DNA from: Yuukianura sp. NJ FZ-2021
Taxonomy: Eukaryota
NCBI GenBank assembly: GCA_046563655.1
Contig: JAJCTO010000010.1
Coordinates: 558,001 to 622,000 of the forward strand
Direction: 5' to 3'
DNA length: 64,000 bases
A model generated the notes under the pieces. It made no database searches, had not been told where the DNA came from, and worked only from the letters and a program-made list of their open reading frames with translations. A program made the position numbers and the translations under genes. Below are positions 1 to 11,792 of this stretch, one piece after another (the first letter of the stretch is position 1; each line of letters begins with the position of its first letter).

Positions 1-473
1 TTTGTTTCGTGAACTAGCTCGTCCAGATTCCGTTCCGGATAAGAAGTTGGAAAGCAGCCACACTTTAGAAGCGATTCCACTAGGCAAGGAATATCACTGA
101 CGTTCACTGTGAGAGGACCACCGCTTCGAATAAGAAACACTTGGTCTGATTCGTTTTTAATGCAGTGGATTGGAAGAAGTGGCGTATCAAGTTTGTCTTT
201 CATTATTTGAATTTCCGATGCTGGTGGTTGTCCCAGAACTTTGAATAACTTCAGGAATCCGTTCTTGCGGTTTCTTGTCATGATTCTTTCAAAATGTGGA
301 AGATCATTCATCATTCTCCCAGCTTCGATGTACGCTTTAACTAGTTTTTCGACCACGGTCGGTAGTTCCTCTGCTGCTAGCAGAATGGAGTGTTCAGCAA
401 TCTTGATAGCGATGACATCTTCCATGTCACTAAATGGTGTTAAAACTTCCATATACTGTCTAAACCCCTCCAT
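1..473 (-). CDS. Hypothetical protein, open at the window edge (MEGFRQYMEVLTPF...)
   Basis: Manual minus-strand translation from the ATG at 473 has no stop before base 1. No recognisable motif. Confidence 0.35.
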   Translation of the reverse strand, partial: MEGFRQYMEVLTPFSDMEDVIAIKIAEHSILLAAEELPTVVEKLVKAYIEAGRMMNDLPHFERIMTRNRKNGFLKLFKVLGQPPASEIQIMKDKLDTPLLPIHCIKNESDQVFLIRSGGPLTVNVSDIPCLVESLLKCGCFPTSYPERNLDELVHET

Positions 474-530
474 GGTTATAGTTGTGGATTGAGACTGGTT
501 TCAGAACTAATTGATTGCTAGTCTCAAAAC

Positions 531-725
531 TCACTGTTTAAGTACTACTTGGACAACGTTTGAAATGCTATTTTGAAATTTTTCAAATTTTATTTTTGGT
601 TCAATAACTTCATGCTGTCTCTCAATTAATTCTCTAATCAATGAACTTTTTCCACTTTGCGTAGGCCCACTCAAAACCATTACAAATGGATGAATTAATT
701 CAGGCCTGAACTCCATCTCCTTCAA
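531..725 (-). pseudogene. Truncated N-terminus of a Polinton packaging ATPase (A32/FtsK-like)
   Basis: HPFVMVLSGPTQSGKS Walker A, closely similar to HPFVMTCAGPTQAGKS at 12766. Similarity stops after about 45 aa. Confidence 0.75.
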
Positions 726-2100
726 AGTTTGTGGTGCAAATGAACTATAGAGATCAACAACCCCACATAATATTTTGCAAAGTACAATTCACCAAAACAA
801 GTTTGAAATCATTATTAATCACTGTTTTAGTTGTGATGTTGAAAAAGATCGTACTTAATTCTTTGCTAAAAAACGAATTCAACTGGATGACGCTATCTCA
901 GTTCCTAATTCGAAAAAGATCGAATTTAGTTCTTGCAGAAACGAAATGAACGATATGACGTAATTGCAAGTATATATATCGCATCTGGACCATACTTTCC
1001 ATACCAGTTTATTTCCAGAGCTTACATAGCAAAGACTTTCACAACTAGTTCACGATGTCAAAACGCGCAACCTTGAGTAACAACTTTCCACCCAAAAACG
1101 ATTTTGCGCGCGTTACATTGAAGAAAATTTGATGTGCAAAATATGCAAGCAAACATTCTCTACTACCCAGGAATTAGTAGCACACAAGACAAATGTGAAT
1201 TGTGAAACATCAGAAACAATTCTTGACTCTTACCGTATTTTACAGTGTTGTGTCTGTGATTCTCAGTTCGCAACACATTTACTCCTTCAAGAACATCTAA
1301 ATCATCACCATTCAATCAACCTTCCCCTGGAACCGCAGTATGGATCAGGCTTGCAAGATCAAATTAATGTTGTGCCTGTTACCGATGCCTTGAGTATAAT
1401 ATCAAAATATCGAGCTGATATGAATGTGTTCGAATGTAATGATGAAATCTCTGAACTGGATTTTTATAACAGTGTGAAAGCGTCAATTTTCGCAGTCCTC
1501 CAAACCGATCTTACAAAATGGAAAAATGTTAAAGTGTTCTTTACGATGAATTGTAGGTTCATCAAAGAGGATGTTGCTGGAGAAGTCGCCGACTCAACAA
1601 TCGGAAAATTTACCTCCTTCGCACACCTTCTATTCAACGCGGCAAATATACAACAGGTTTGGTCACTAGTGTGTCAGCAGTTTTCTTCAAAAATTGAAGA
1701 CTTCACGAGTGAGCGAAGTGGCTGGGTTCTCGACAAAATTACAAAGTTTAAGCTGACTACTTGTTTGTATAAGCTCTCAAACGTCGAAACATATATTGAA
1801 ACTCCTTATCCTCTGTCTGAGTACTCCAAGGTTTTACTGAACATTGATAACAGTGTCGAGTGGCATGACAATCGACAAAACAAGTGTTTCTTGTGGTCAG
1901 TGTTAGCACACGATAAGATTGCAGGAGTGACAAATGCTAACAATAATCGAGCACGTTACGACAAAAGGGTTGCAAGTTATGTGAAACATATTGACAAATT
2001 TAATCTGAATGGGATTAAGTTTCCGATGACCATAAATCAGTTGCCCAAATTTGAGGAACAAAATCCTAATATATCTTTAACCGTTCTTGGGTATGATATG

Positions 2101-3529
2101 AGTCAATGTGTTGGGTGGGCAATTCCCCCCCCCCCCCTACCCTTTTTTCTTTTGCACAAAATGCTTTTCTTTTTGCACTTTTGTGCAACTTTTTATATTT
2201 GGTTTTTTGTCCATGCTCACTGTATGTTAAGAGTTTAATTAGTTTTTAAAAATAATTTTCAAAAATATTTTGCGGTTTTGTGGTTTTAGTCCAAGCACAT
2301 ACCTGAAAAATCCTCTCTTCTTTGCACTTTTATGCAACTTTTTAGTTTTTGTTTATAGCTTGGGCTTATTTTAAACTTGGTATTTAATTTGGTTTTTTAT
2401 TTTTTTTTGTGTTTGAAAATACTACTTTCCCGGAAGCTATCTTTCTCGGAAACTTTTTAAATAGTAAATTCTCAAAAATTTTTCCTTCTAAACATCTTTC
2501 AAAAATATTTTGAGATTAAGGAACGTCTTGAAGTTTGCGGTTTTTTAATTGCCAATTACTTCGTATTGCATTTGTCAATTAGAGTGTCCCAAAAAAAAAA
2601 CGTACGACAAGTTCAAGCAATGGGAACTTTTGACATTGTAAGTTGATTGACTCGTGTACAAAATACAAACTTATTTCCAATATAAACCTAATTTGCAAGC
2701 ACAAGGGCAATGGTGGGAGGTCTGCCTTCTAGCTTTTCGCAGAGTGAATAACGGGTCACTCACCGCAAAAGCATTACGTAACCATTTCAATGCTACAATT
2801 TGACTAGTCAGCGTTTCCATCTAGTTGCTTATGATCCGTGGAGTGTTGGTACGCAAGTTTATACGAAACCGAGTGCTCATTTTGGTATTGGTTTTTTTCA
2901 AAATCACAAATCTCACCGACTAATTTCTGCCGCTAGACATCAACCTCGTTTACTATTGGTCCGCTAGTCCTTCAAAACTACACATACTAGTTGTTTTGAA
3001 TGGGCAGGGAAATAGCTTTATCGCAAGTCAACTGCCCAAGGACGTTCAAATCCCTCGAGTTTGACGACCAAGTGCGTCAACCTGACTTCTGACTGGTCGA
3101 CGTGTTGTTGCCCCAGAGGGCGTGGCTAGTACAATATTGAAATTTGATTGGTCAAAATCCCAGCCCGTGTATCAATTTCAGCCAATTGGCGCCCAGCTCG
3201 CTTTTGATTGGTCGACTTGTTGCTGACCCAGAGGGCTTTGCCAGTAAAATACTGAAATTTGCTTGGTAAAATCCCAACCTGTAAACCAATTTCAGCCATT
3301 TGGCGTCCATCTCGCTTCTGATTGGTCGACGAGTCGTTGCATCAGTGGGCGTGGCCAGTACATTGCTGCAGTTTGATTGGTCAAAATCCCAAGCCCTATA
3401 CCAATTTTCGGCCAATGGGCGTGCAGCTCGCTTCTGATTGGTCGACATGTCGTTCAAAAATGGCCTAGTCCCACCAATGGGAGTGGCTGGTCGCAAAATG
3501 TTTTAAAATCCTCTGTCATTTTTTTCTAG
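2101..3529 (+). repeat. Left TIR of mini-Polinton 1, including ~115-bp CCAAT/GC-box tandem units at ~3090-3450
   Basis: Reverse-complement match to 7231-8588. GA(T/C)TGGTCGAC recurs at 3091, 3206, 3320 and 3436. Confidence 0.9.
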
Positions 3530-3787
3530 AAAGTGCAATAAAATAAACACGTGGGATCATAAAAAGTGGTCTCGAGACATCATTTGTTGCTGAACCCTGG
3601 CGTATATACAGCTTGCTGTGTGCGCCAGAACATTATAAACTGGCCAGTTTGGAAAACATTTAATCTTCACTGCTTTACCAAACCATACTCATTTGTAGTT
3701 TGACGAGCAACTGGAAAGGACGTGCTGGCAAAGCCGAAAGCAAAAGTAACCTCAAGGGTGTTTTTGACTGAGAGCGACACTGGTCCA

Positions 3788-4345
3788 ATGAATTCTGTAC
3801 AAGTTACGCCAAAGAATAGCAAGAAAACGAAAAACGAGGATGGAAATCAGGTGATGGGGTTCCTCTCAAATGAAGAATTGCAAGTTCTGGAATCGGCTAA
3901 TCGAAGAAACGCAAGAGTTGAGGATGACGATTCTGACGGACGGTCCAAGTTACCTCGCAAGTTGCAAAAAACGTCGCTGCAACATGGAAGAATGTCGCCA
4001 TTTGAACAGCATATCCCACACCAAATGTCGCCAAGTGACACAGAAACACGCAAAACATCGAAAAAATCACGCCGCAAAGGGTCAAAGTCTATGAAATTGA
4101 CGCGAAAATGAAAAGAAGGCGGAAGAAAAGAGGAGAGAATCGAATCCCCACGCTGTAGTGGAGCAGAATCTGATGCAGATTCAACAAAAAAGGACAAAAA
4201 ACATCAAAAAGTCACCCAAACTGACGTTGCAGGAAAGAAATCAACTAGAAAAACTTCAAAAAGGAAACCAAAAAGGGGGCAAACTGGACTTAAGTATGCT
4301 ACTTCGTACAAGAATGGTGCAAATGGTAGCCTGCTTCTGCGGTGA
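3788..4345 (+). pseudogene. Lys/Arg/Ser-rich basic protein (candidate virion core protein) with one in-frame TGA at 4109-4111
   Basis: The same frame continues past the TGA (KEGGRKEE...KKSTRKTSKRKPKRG) to a TGA at 4343. It sits upstream of the MCP, as the basic ORF 37093-37500 does in mini-Polinton 2. Confidence 0.45.
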
Positions 4346-4413
4346 AACCACTTGCCTTTACACATTTGTCATTAAGTATAGTAGAAACTAAAGTCTCCCC
4401 ACCTTTTGACTAC

Positions 4414-4449
4414 TATAAATTAGCATTATTAGCCAGCTTGGCGGCCAGT
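4414..4449 (+). promoter_or_regulatory. TATA box plus initiator-like core promoter upstream of the mini-Polinton 1 MCP
   Basis: TATAAAT at 4414 and CCAGT at 4445, about 31 nt apart, the same geometry as at 35708/35739 and 37470/37501. Confidence 0.45.
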
Positions 4450-4769
4450 CGGCATGCGAAAGCCGAGGTGACAACACCTCTCCGCCAAAAAATTGTGCAA
4501 AATTGTACGTTTAGTGAGCAGAGTTGTCTTCAAACGGTCGCCAATCGATACCCAAAAGCCAAATTTAATACACTTTTCTGTCAAAAAGTTGGACATTTGA
4601 ATCCAAACGGTCGCCAGTCGGCATCGGCACGTCTTAACGACCACATCTCTCGACGTATTTTGGACAACAATTGGCTCTACATTGTTGAGGTTCAGCGAGA
4701 TTTAGCAAATACCCCAACAATAGTCTCACAGACTCGCTTGACCTAAAAGCAGGCTAACTAACCACGGAA

Positions 4770-6938
4770 ATGGAGCTTACAGTTCCAATGCACTCGAAGC
4801 TGGTGGACACAAATGCCAAATTGGACTTGTTTTCCATGCCAGACACCGAAGTTTCTTGTTTGCTGGACAATTATCTCAAAGTAGAGTCGTACTATGCCAC
4901 AAAAGGAAATGAATATCCGATTCATTTTTCGTTTTGGCAAATGGCCTACCTGGATTTGTCGGATTCGTTTTTTAGATTTGTAGTTTCCATTCGTAAAAAA
5001 GATGGTTCGGCACTCGGTGACACAGACAAGGTTGCTCCGGAAAATCTGTTCTTTCACACATTTGTGGAAGATTTTAAAGTCGTTGTCAACAACACGCAAG
5101 TCGTGGCCCAGGGGCCAAGGGCATACCAGAGGTGGTAGCCTGCAACTATTTTCCCCAACCTGCCCCGCCTGCACTGCAGGAATTTTTAGCCTGCACGCCT
5201 GCAGCCTGCAAAATTATCGAAAATCGGCAGCCTGCACGCCTGCACCTGCAAGGCTCTTCGGCAGGCCAGCCTGCAGCCTGCGCAGGCTGCCTGCAGTTAG
5301 CCTGCAATTTTTTATACGAACTGTAATCTACGGAAATTTTAATATACACTTACAACTACTGCGTAAATTCGTTTGCGTATAATGGCAATTACTCAATTAC
5401 CCTCGATTATCTGTCGGTTGTCCTTTCCAAACACGTAGGGAGAAAAATTCCTAGTAATAAATTGTTTTACGACACTGCTACCTTACTTTTGGTTTGTTTA
5501 ACTTTTAAAAATTCTGGATCCTTGCACATAAAAAAATCCTCAAAAGTTATACTGTCAAATCTTGCGTTGCCTACACGGGCAAGTGTAACGCCAACTTTAC
5601 TTAACCATATTTCTGCCTCCGGATTCATTATTTATTGTTTAAAGGCCCTATAGTGCAACTAATGTGCAGCAAAAAGTTTGCATGTAGTTCCATTGACTTT
5701 AATTCTTCAACATTCCAAAGTAATTTTTCTATTCGTTTCTGTCTTTTCTTGAAGTTTCTGAGAATAAACTCTCAAAAAATCACAGCCCGCAGCCTGCAGG
5801 CGAAATGCAGGCTCCTGCAGGCGCCTGCAGAACATTGCAGGCCGAACCCTCCCGCCTGTAACATTTCCAAATAAAAACGTGCACGCCTGCAGCCTGCAAA
5901 AATCCACCGCAGGTTGAGCCCGCCTGCACGTGCTGCAGGTTGGCCTGCAACCTGCGCAGGTTTACCTGCGGGCTACCACCTCTAGGGCATACCCGTACGA
6001 GGCTTGGATATTTACTCAACTTCAGCAAGGGATTGGTTCGAAAAGCAGTACATTGTCCAGGGAAATTTATTTTCCAGGCAATGTTATGGATAACTTTGAC
6101 GACACGAACCCAAGCTTCAAAGCTCGACTTGAGCTGACAAAAGTAATCAATTTGAGATGATTGGACGTCCGATGCTTGGAATTTTCACTTCGCCGCGACT
6201 TTTCCCGCCAGGAACACGGTTCAATTTTCAAATTCAACGGACAAACCCAGAGTTTTGCTTGTGCGGACCATCCTCTACAACGGAATACAAGGTTGAAGTG
6301 GAGTGTGCAGACTTTTACGTTCGCCAATATCGTCTAAATGAAAAGTTGACTACTCAACTTCGCACCGCATTTGCAAAAAAGAAAATGGCATTGTATTCTT
6401 TTGACAACGCCGTCAAGTTCTCTACGTACCCGTTGGGGTCACCGAATTTGAAATTCCAAAAATTATGCCTACGGCAATTCGGCCAAAGCTCCTCTGCATT
6501 GCAATTACGACAAGCGAAGTCGTCAATGGCAAACTCGAAAAGTCACCGTTTAATTTCAAACCACATGGGATCAAAAACATGAAGCTCAAATTCGAAGGAA
6601 AGGGAGTTGTTTTTGAGGAAATGAACTTTGAAAACAAAAATTACATGCTGGCCTACAACAACATGTGCAAGTTAATTTCACATGGAACCGACGGAAACGA
6701 CATTTCATATGAGCAATTTGTAAAGGGCAATGCGATTTTTGTGTTTGACACTCAAAACTTGCGATCAGACACGTTCAACCCTGGAAAAATTGGACAACTT
6801 GCATTGGGCCTTAGTTTTGACGAAAAAACAAAGGAAGAGCTAATGGTTATCACCATTGCCGTGGAAGACGTTACACTGGAAATTGGAGAAGGCGGACTAA
6901 TGCGTTTCGCATCTACGAAAAGCATTTTTTTCAAGTAA
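4770..6938 (+). pseudogene. Polinton-type double-jelly-roll major capsid protein, interrupted by a hAT MITE and two frameshifts
   Basis: KLDLFS, YLDLSDSF, APENLFFHTF, RAY|PYEAW across the MITE, SPFNFKPHG, GNDISYEQF and GNAIFVFD. Colinear with the MCPs at 37646 and 23669. Frameshifts at ~6145 and ~6420-6460. Confidence 0.88.
5127..5984. mobile_element. hAT-type MITE (858 bp)
   Basis: TIRs CAGAGGTGGTAGCC / GGCTACCACCTCTA. 8-bp TSD GGGCATAC (5119-5126, 5985-5992). Many subterminal GCCTGCA repeats. Confidence 0.92.
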
Positions 6939-7230
6939 TTTTTTTTCAACTTAAAATTTCAAAGCGTTCCTTCATATGTATTCCAATTACAATACTTTAT
7001 ACAATTCATAATCTTGTGTAATGTTTGGCATAAGGTTTGCTTGAAAATAAAAACCAGCATCATTAAAGCTAAGCAAAACCAATAGTCTAACCTTGGATTT
7101 ATTTAAAACTAGTTTTTAAGCGAATCGTTGAGACAGCGGAGTATTTCTGAGCCACATTAAGTTGGGTTTTTGTGGACCGGCTGTGGTTTGCATCTCATTT
7201 TTTCATGATTCCGCGAGTTTGTTGCATTCA

Positions 7231-8588
7231 CTAGCTAAAAAATGGCTGAGGGTTTTGAAACATTTTGCGACCAGCCACTCCCATTCGTGGGACTAGGCCA
7301 TTTTTTGAACGACATGTGGACCAATCAGAAGCGAGCTGCACGCCCATTGGCTGAAAATTGGTATAGCGTTTGGGATTTTGACCAATCAAATTTCAGCATT
7401 GTACTGGCCACGCCCACTGGGGCAACGACTCGTCGACCAATCAGAAGCGAGTTGGACGCAAATTGGCTGAAATTGGTATACGGGTTGGGATTTTGACCAA
7501 TCAAATTTCAGCATTGTATTGGCCACGCCCACTGGGGCAACGACTCGTCGACCAATCAGAAGCCGGGTTGACGCCCTTGTTTTTAAAATCCAGCGATTTG
7601 AACGTCATTGGCAAATCAAATTGCGATAAACGGATTCCAACGCCCATTTTTGAGGAAGGGCAGTTTTGAAAGACTCGCCGACCAATCACAGGCGAGGTTG
7701 ACGTCTACCGGCAGAGATGAATCGGTGAGATTTGTGATTTTGGACAAAACCAGTACTAAAGTGACCATTGGGTGTCGCAGAAGCTTGCGTACCACCAACT
7801 CCTCGGGTCATAAATAACTAGCATAGTAGTAAGTGTACTGTGTCGGAAACGCTCACCAGTCAAATTGCAGCATTGAAATGGTCACGTAATGGTTTTGCGG
7901 TGAGTAAAACGTTATTCACTTGGCGAAAAGCTACTGGCAGACTTCCCGAAAATGCCCTCGTGCTTGCCAATTACGGTCAAGTTTGTAATTTGTACACGAG
8001 TCAATCAACTCGAAAGGTAAAAGTTTTAATTGCTTACGTTTTTCGTTTACGTTAACATTTTTCGTGCGTTCTAATTAGCAATCGCGACACGGAAGTAATC
8101 GGCAATTAAAAAACCGCAAACGTGCCAGACGAACCTGTAAGTTAGGTCTTGTGTCATCTCAAAATATTTTCGACAGCTGTTTAGAAAGGAACCTGATGTA
8201 TAGAAAGAAACATTTTTGAGAATTTACTATTTAAAAAGGTTTCCGAGAAAAATAGCTTCCGGGAAAGTAGCATTTTCAAACACAAAAAAAAATTAAAAAC
8301 CAAATTAAATGCCAAGTTTAAAATGAGCCCAAGCTATAAACAAAAACTAAAAAGTTGCATAAAAGTGCAAAGAAGAGAGGATTTTTCAGGTAGGTGCTTG
8401 GACTAAAAGCACAAAACCGCAAAATATTTTTGAAAATTATTTTTAAAAACTAATTAAACTCTTAACATACAATGAGCATGGACAAAAAACCAAATATAAA
8501 AAGTTGCACAAAAGTGCAAAAAGAAAAGCATTTTGTGCAAAAGAAAAGGGGGGAGGGGGGGGGGAATTGCCCACCCAACACATTGACT
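7231..8588 (-). repeat. Right TIR of mini-Polinton 1
   Basis: Inverted copy of 2101-3529. Mirror ORFs (3152-3496 vs 7242-7496; 8454-8726 vs the end of 1129-2238) confirm it. Confidence 0.9.
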
Positions 8589-11500
8589 GATATGGATGTA
8601 AAACACTTGTCCGTGATCGAGGAAGAGGATCCAGCTGATGAGATTGAAACAAAAATAAGAAACTTTAAATTTATCCAGAGCACCCTCTCTATCATGTACA
8701 ACTCCAAAGAACAAAAAGTCATCCATGTGGATTTGTTGTGCTTAATGAATGGAAACAATTATCATTTCTTACTAATTCGAAGTCTGGAGGGCTTGATGCG
8801 TCACCCGCGCAATAATCATGTGAGCAGGATATGTCGTAATTGCCTGCAAAACTTTCAGAGCGAAAAGACTCTAACAAGCCATCAAACGCTCTGTTCAAAG
8901 TTTGAAACCCAGAAAGTCCGATATCCGAGAGGAGAATATGCAACAATGAAATTTGATAAGTGGAGTAGAACTCAACAAGCACCATTTAGATTTTATGCTG
9001 ACTTTGAAGCGTTTCTTTTCGAGTATGATTTCAATAACTTACCAGAGATGGAGCGACGAAAAATGAAGGCCCAGTTTTTTCAAAAGAAACCAAATGATAA
9101 TCCTCCCACTGCACAACGAACAAATATTCATACGGCTTGCGGTTTTGCATGGGTTTGCGTTGATTTCGAAGGAAACAGAAGGTGTAGGAGATACTATCGT
9201 GCCCAAACAGATGAAGACGAAGTTGCGTATGAATTTGTCAAAAGTATAGCCGACTATAGCTATGAGCTTATGGAAGAACTAAACGAGTATGAAGACGAAG
9301 CTCCGTCTATGTTGGAAGAAGTAGCGACCGAAGAATTGTTGGCAGAGTTTAGAGAGAAGAACGAGTGCTGCTTTTGTAAACTCAAGTTTTGTATCAATGA
9401 AACAGTTGTTCGACATCACTCTCACTTGCCACCATTTAACTTTGTTGGTCTCGCTCACAATTCTTGCAATTTAAAAGCTCAAATCAAGAAGAATTTTCCC
9501 GTCTTCATCCACAACTTTGGGTCTTACGACGCTCATTTCATCATACACGCCCTAGGGAAACTGAAGCAGGATAATGTGATAAGCCAGCCAGAGGTTATAG
9601 CTAAAAGCTCGGAGAAGTTGCTGTCTTTAAGCTTGAAACTGCCATTTAGACAAATTGAAACTGCACACGAGCTTCTAAGTAACGAAAGGGTGGGGAGACG
9701 AGTGAGGGGAGGAGGAACAATTCGGTTTTTGGACAGTCTAGGCTTCACATTAAAGTCACTGGAAAAACTCGTTCAAGTGATGAGAGCAGACCCAAACTCT
9801 AAGTTTCAAATTACTAGACAAGAATTTCACAGGGAAGTTGCCAACGGATGCAACATTGATTTACTGTTTAAAAAAGGGTCTTACCCTTATACACTCATGA
9901 AGTGCATTAAAGACTTTGAAAGAACATCTCTGCCATGCAAAGAGGACTTTTACAACGACCTCACGGAAGAAGCGATACAAGACGACGTTTACGAGCACGC
10001 ACAGGAAGTGTGGAAAAATTTTCACATTAAGCATATGGGCGAATGGCATGATTTGTACGTTAGACTTGACACTGTATTGCTAGCTGACGTCATGGAAAAC
10101 CTGAGAAAAATAATGTTGGATTACTATGAGTTGGATCTTGCGCACTACTTTTCTCTCCCGATGATGTCAATCGACTGTGCTCTGAAACGTAGTGGAATTA
10201 CGTTAGAGCTGATTAGCGATCCAACCATGCATTGCTGGATAGAACAAGCTATTCGAGGTGGATTTGTTAGTGTTGGAATGCAGAGAGCAGCTGCAGCGAA
10301 TAACCCATATATGCAGGAAGAGTTTGACCCAACCAAACCCAATAGTGACATCCTATATGAGTTCACCTTTACCGGTTGATCGATTTCATTGGCTCGATGA
10401 GGAGGAAATTGGAATGATTTCTGGAGACCTGGGTCGGTTTCTAGAAAATCAAGATACTTACAGGGCATATCTTAGAAGTTGACCTTGACATCAATCCGGA
10501 TTTGCATGACAAGTTAAACGAGTACCCTCCGGCTCCCGTAAAACGTAAAATTGAAGCCAGTGAACTTTCAGCATCATATCAAAAACCCTTAATTGAAGAC
10601 CTTGGAATCAATAGTGGAATTTATAAGGTTGACAAACTTGTAGCAGACTTGCACAACAAAAAAAACTACATCTTTCACAGCGAAACTCTAAGAGAATACT
10701 ACAAGCTGGGTGTGAAAGTCTCCAAAATTCATCGCGTACTTTCGTTTAGACAAGCAGCGTGGATGAAGCCGTTCATAGATTTTAACACTGACATGAGGAA
10801 AAAGGCGACGAGCGACTTTGAAAAAGACTTCTGGAAATTGTTAAACAATTCCGCATTTGGAAAAACAATCGAGCAAGTTCGCGATAGACAAAACGTGCGA
10901 ATCGTTACAGACAGACGAAAGGCGCTGTACTATAACAAAAAACCTACTGTACAAAATATTGTCGTTGTGAATGAATCTACTCGTTTGTTTATGATGAAGA
11001 AAAAATCAGTCAACCTAAACAAACCAATTTTCACCGGTGTGACAATCTTGGAAATCGCCAAAAAAATAATGTACGAAATGCATTATCAAGGTATTAAAAC
11101 TCTCTACGGAGATCGAGCAGTTTTACTCTATACAGACACAGACTCACTCAGTTACAAGATTGACACTGAAGACGTTTACAAGGACATGATGACACATGGC
11201 CAACTTTATGATATGAGTGAGTATCCAGAGCAAAATCCTATGTTCGGATTGTTCTATGACGTCACTAACAAAAAGGTTTTGGGGAAATTCAAAGACGAGT
11301 TCGCCGGTACTGTGATTACCCATGTGATTTGTCCAAGACCAAAAATGTACTCTATTCGCAGTGTAGGACTTCACAAGAAGGGAAAGGAGTGGGTGTGGAA
11401 AGAGTCATGCTCAAAAAAAGTTAAAGGTATTACCAAAGCGGCGGTAAAAAATCAAATCAAATTCAAAGACTTCTCGAATGTTCTGGAACAAAACATACAA

Positions 11501-11792
11501 ACAATGGTCAGCATGCGTGGACTTCGAAGTGTGGAACATCGTATTTTTACAGAAGTGATCCGAAAAAAGGCTCTTAGTGGGTTGGATACAAAACGTTTTG
11601 CAATTGACAGCGTCAATACTCTTGCGTTTGGCCACAAGGACATACCACTCTACAATATGTAGTCTAAAATAACGATTTAGAACTTGCGTTGTGCGGTGGT
11701 TCAATCGATAAGCATCAGATTGAGCCATCGCACAACTTTATGTTTGTAAAGTTCGAATCCAGTTTGGAAATTAACGTTTTATTTCATTGAAT

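Larger units (their letters stand above)
2101..8588 (+). mobile_element. Non-autonomous capsid-encoding Polinton-like element ('mini-Polinton 1')
   Basis: Ends AGTCAATGTGTTGGGTGGGC (2101) and GCCCACCCAACACATTGACT (8588). 6-bp TSD GATATG at 2095-2100 and 8589-8594. ~1.4-kb TIRs. Interior holds only a basic ORF and an MCP gene. Confidence 0.93.
1129..11662 (+). pseudogene. Polinton protein-primed family B DNA polymerase (pPolB), split by the 2101-8588 insertion and frameshifted
   Basis: N-part 1129-2100: two C2H2-like fingers, SGWVLDKI, NKCFLWSVLA. It rejoins in frame (GYDM|DVKHL) after 8594. Also present: exonuclease YADFE, endonuclease-VII-like CCFC...HNSCNL, HNFGSYDAHF, FLDS, motif B KLLNNSAFGK and motif C YTDTDS. 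Motif A (DxNxLY) is missing at ~10348 and frameshifts occur at ~10348 and ~10460. Confidence 0.92.

Noticed and set aside
3090..3450. Regularly spaced GATTGGTCGAC repeats as a CRISPR or spacer array
   Set aside because: Whole ~115-bp units are homologous, so this is a tandem repeat inside a TIR.
5002..6028. Cys/Ala/Gln-rich ORFs (PACSLQ repeats)
   Set aside because: They are translations of the GCCTGCA subterminal repeats of the hAT MITE.
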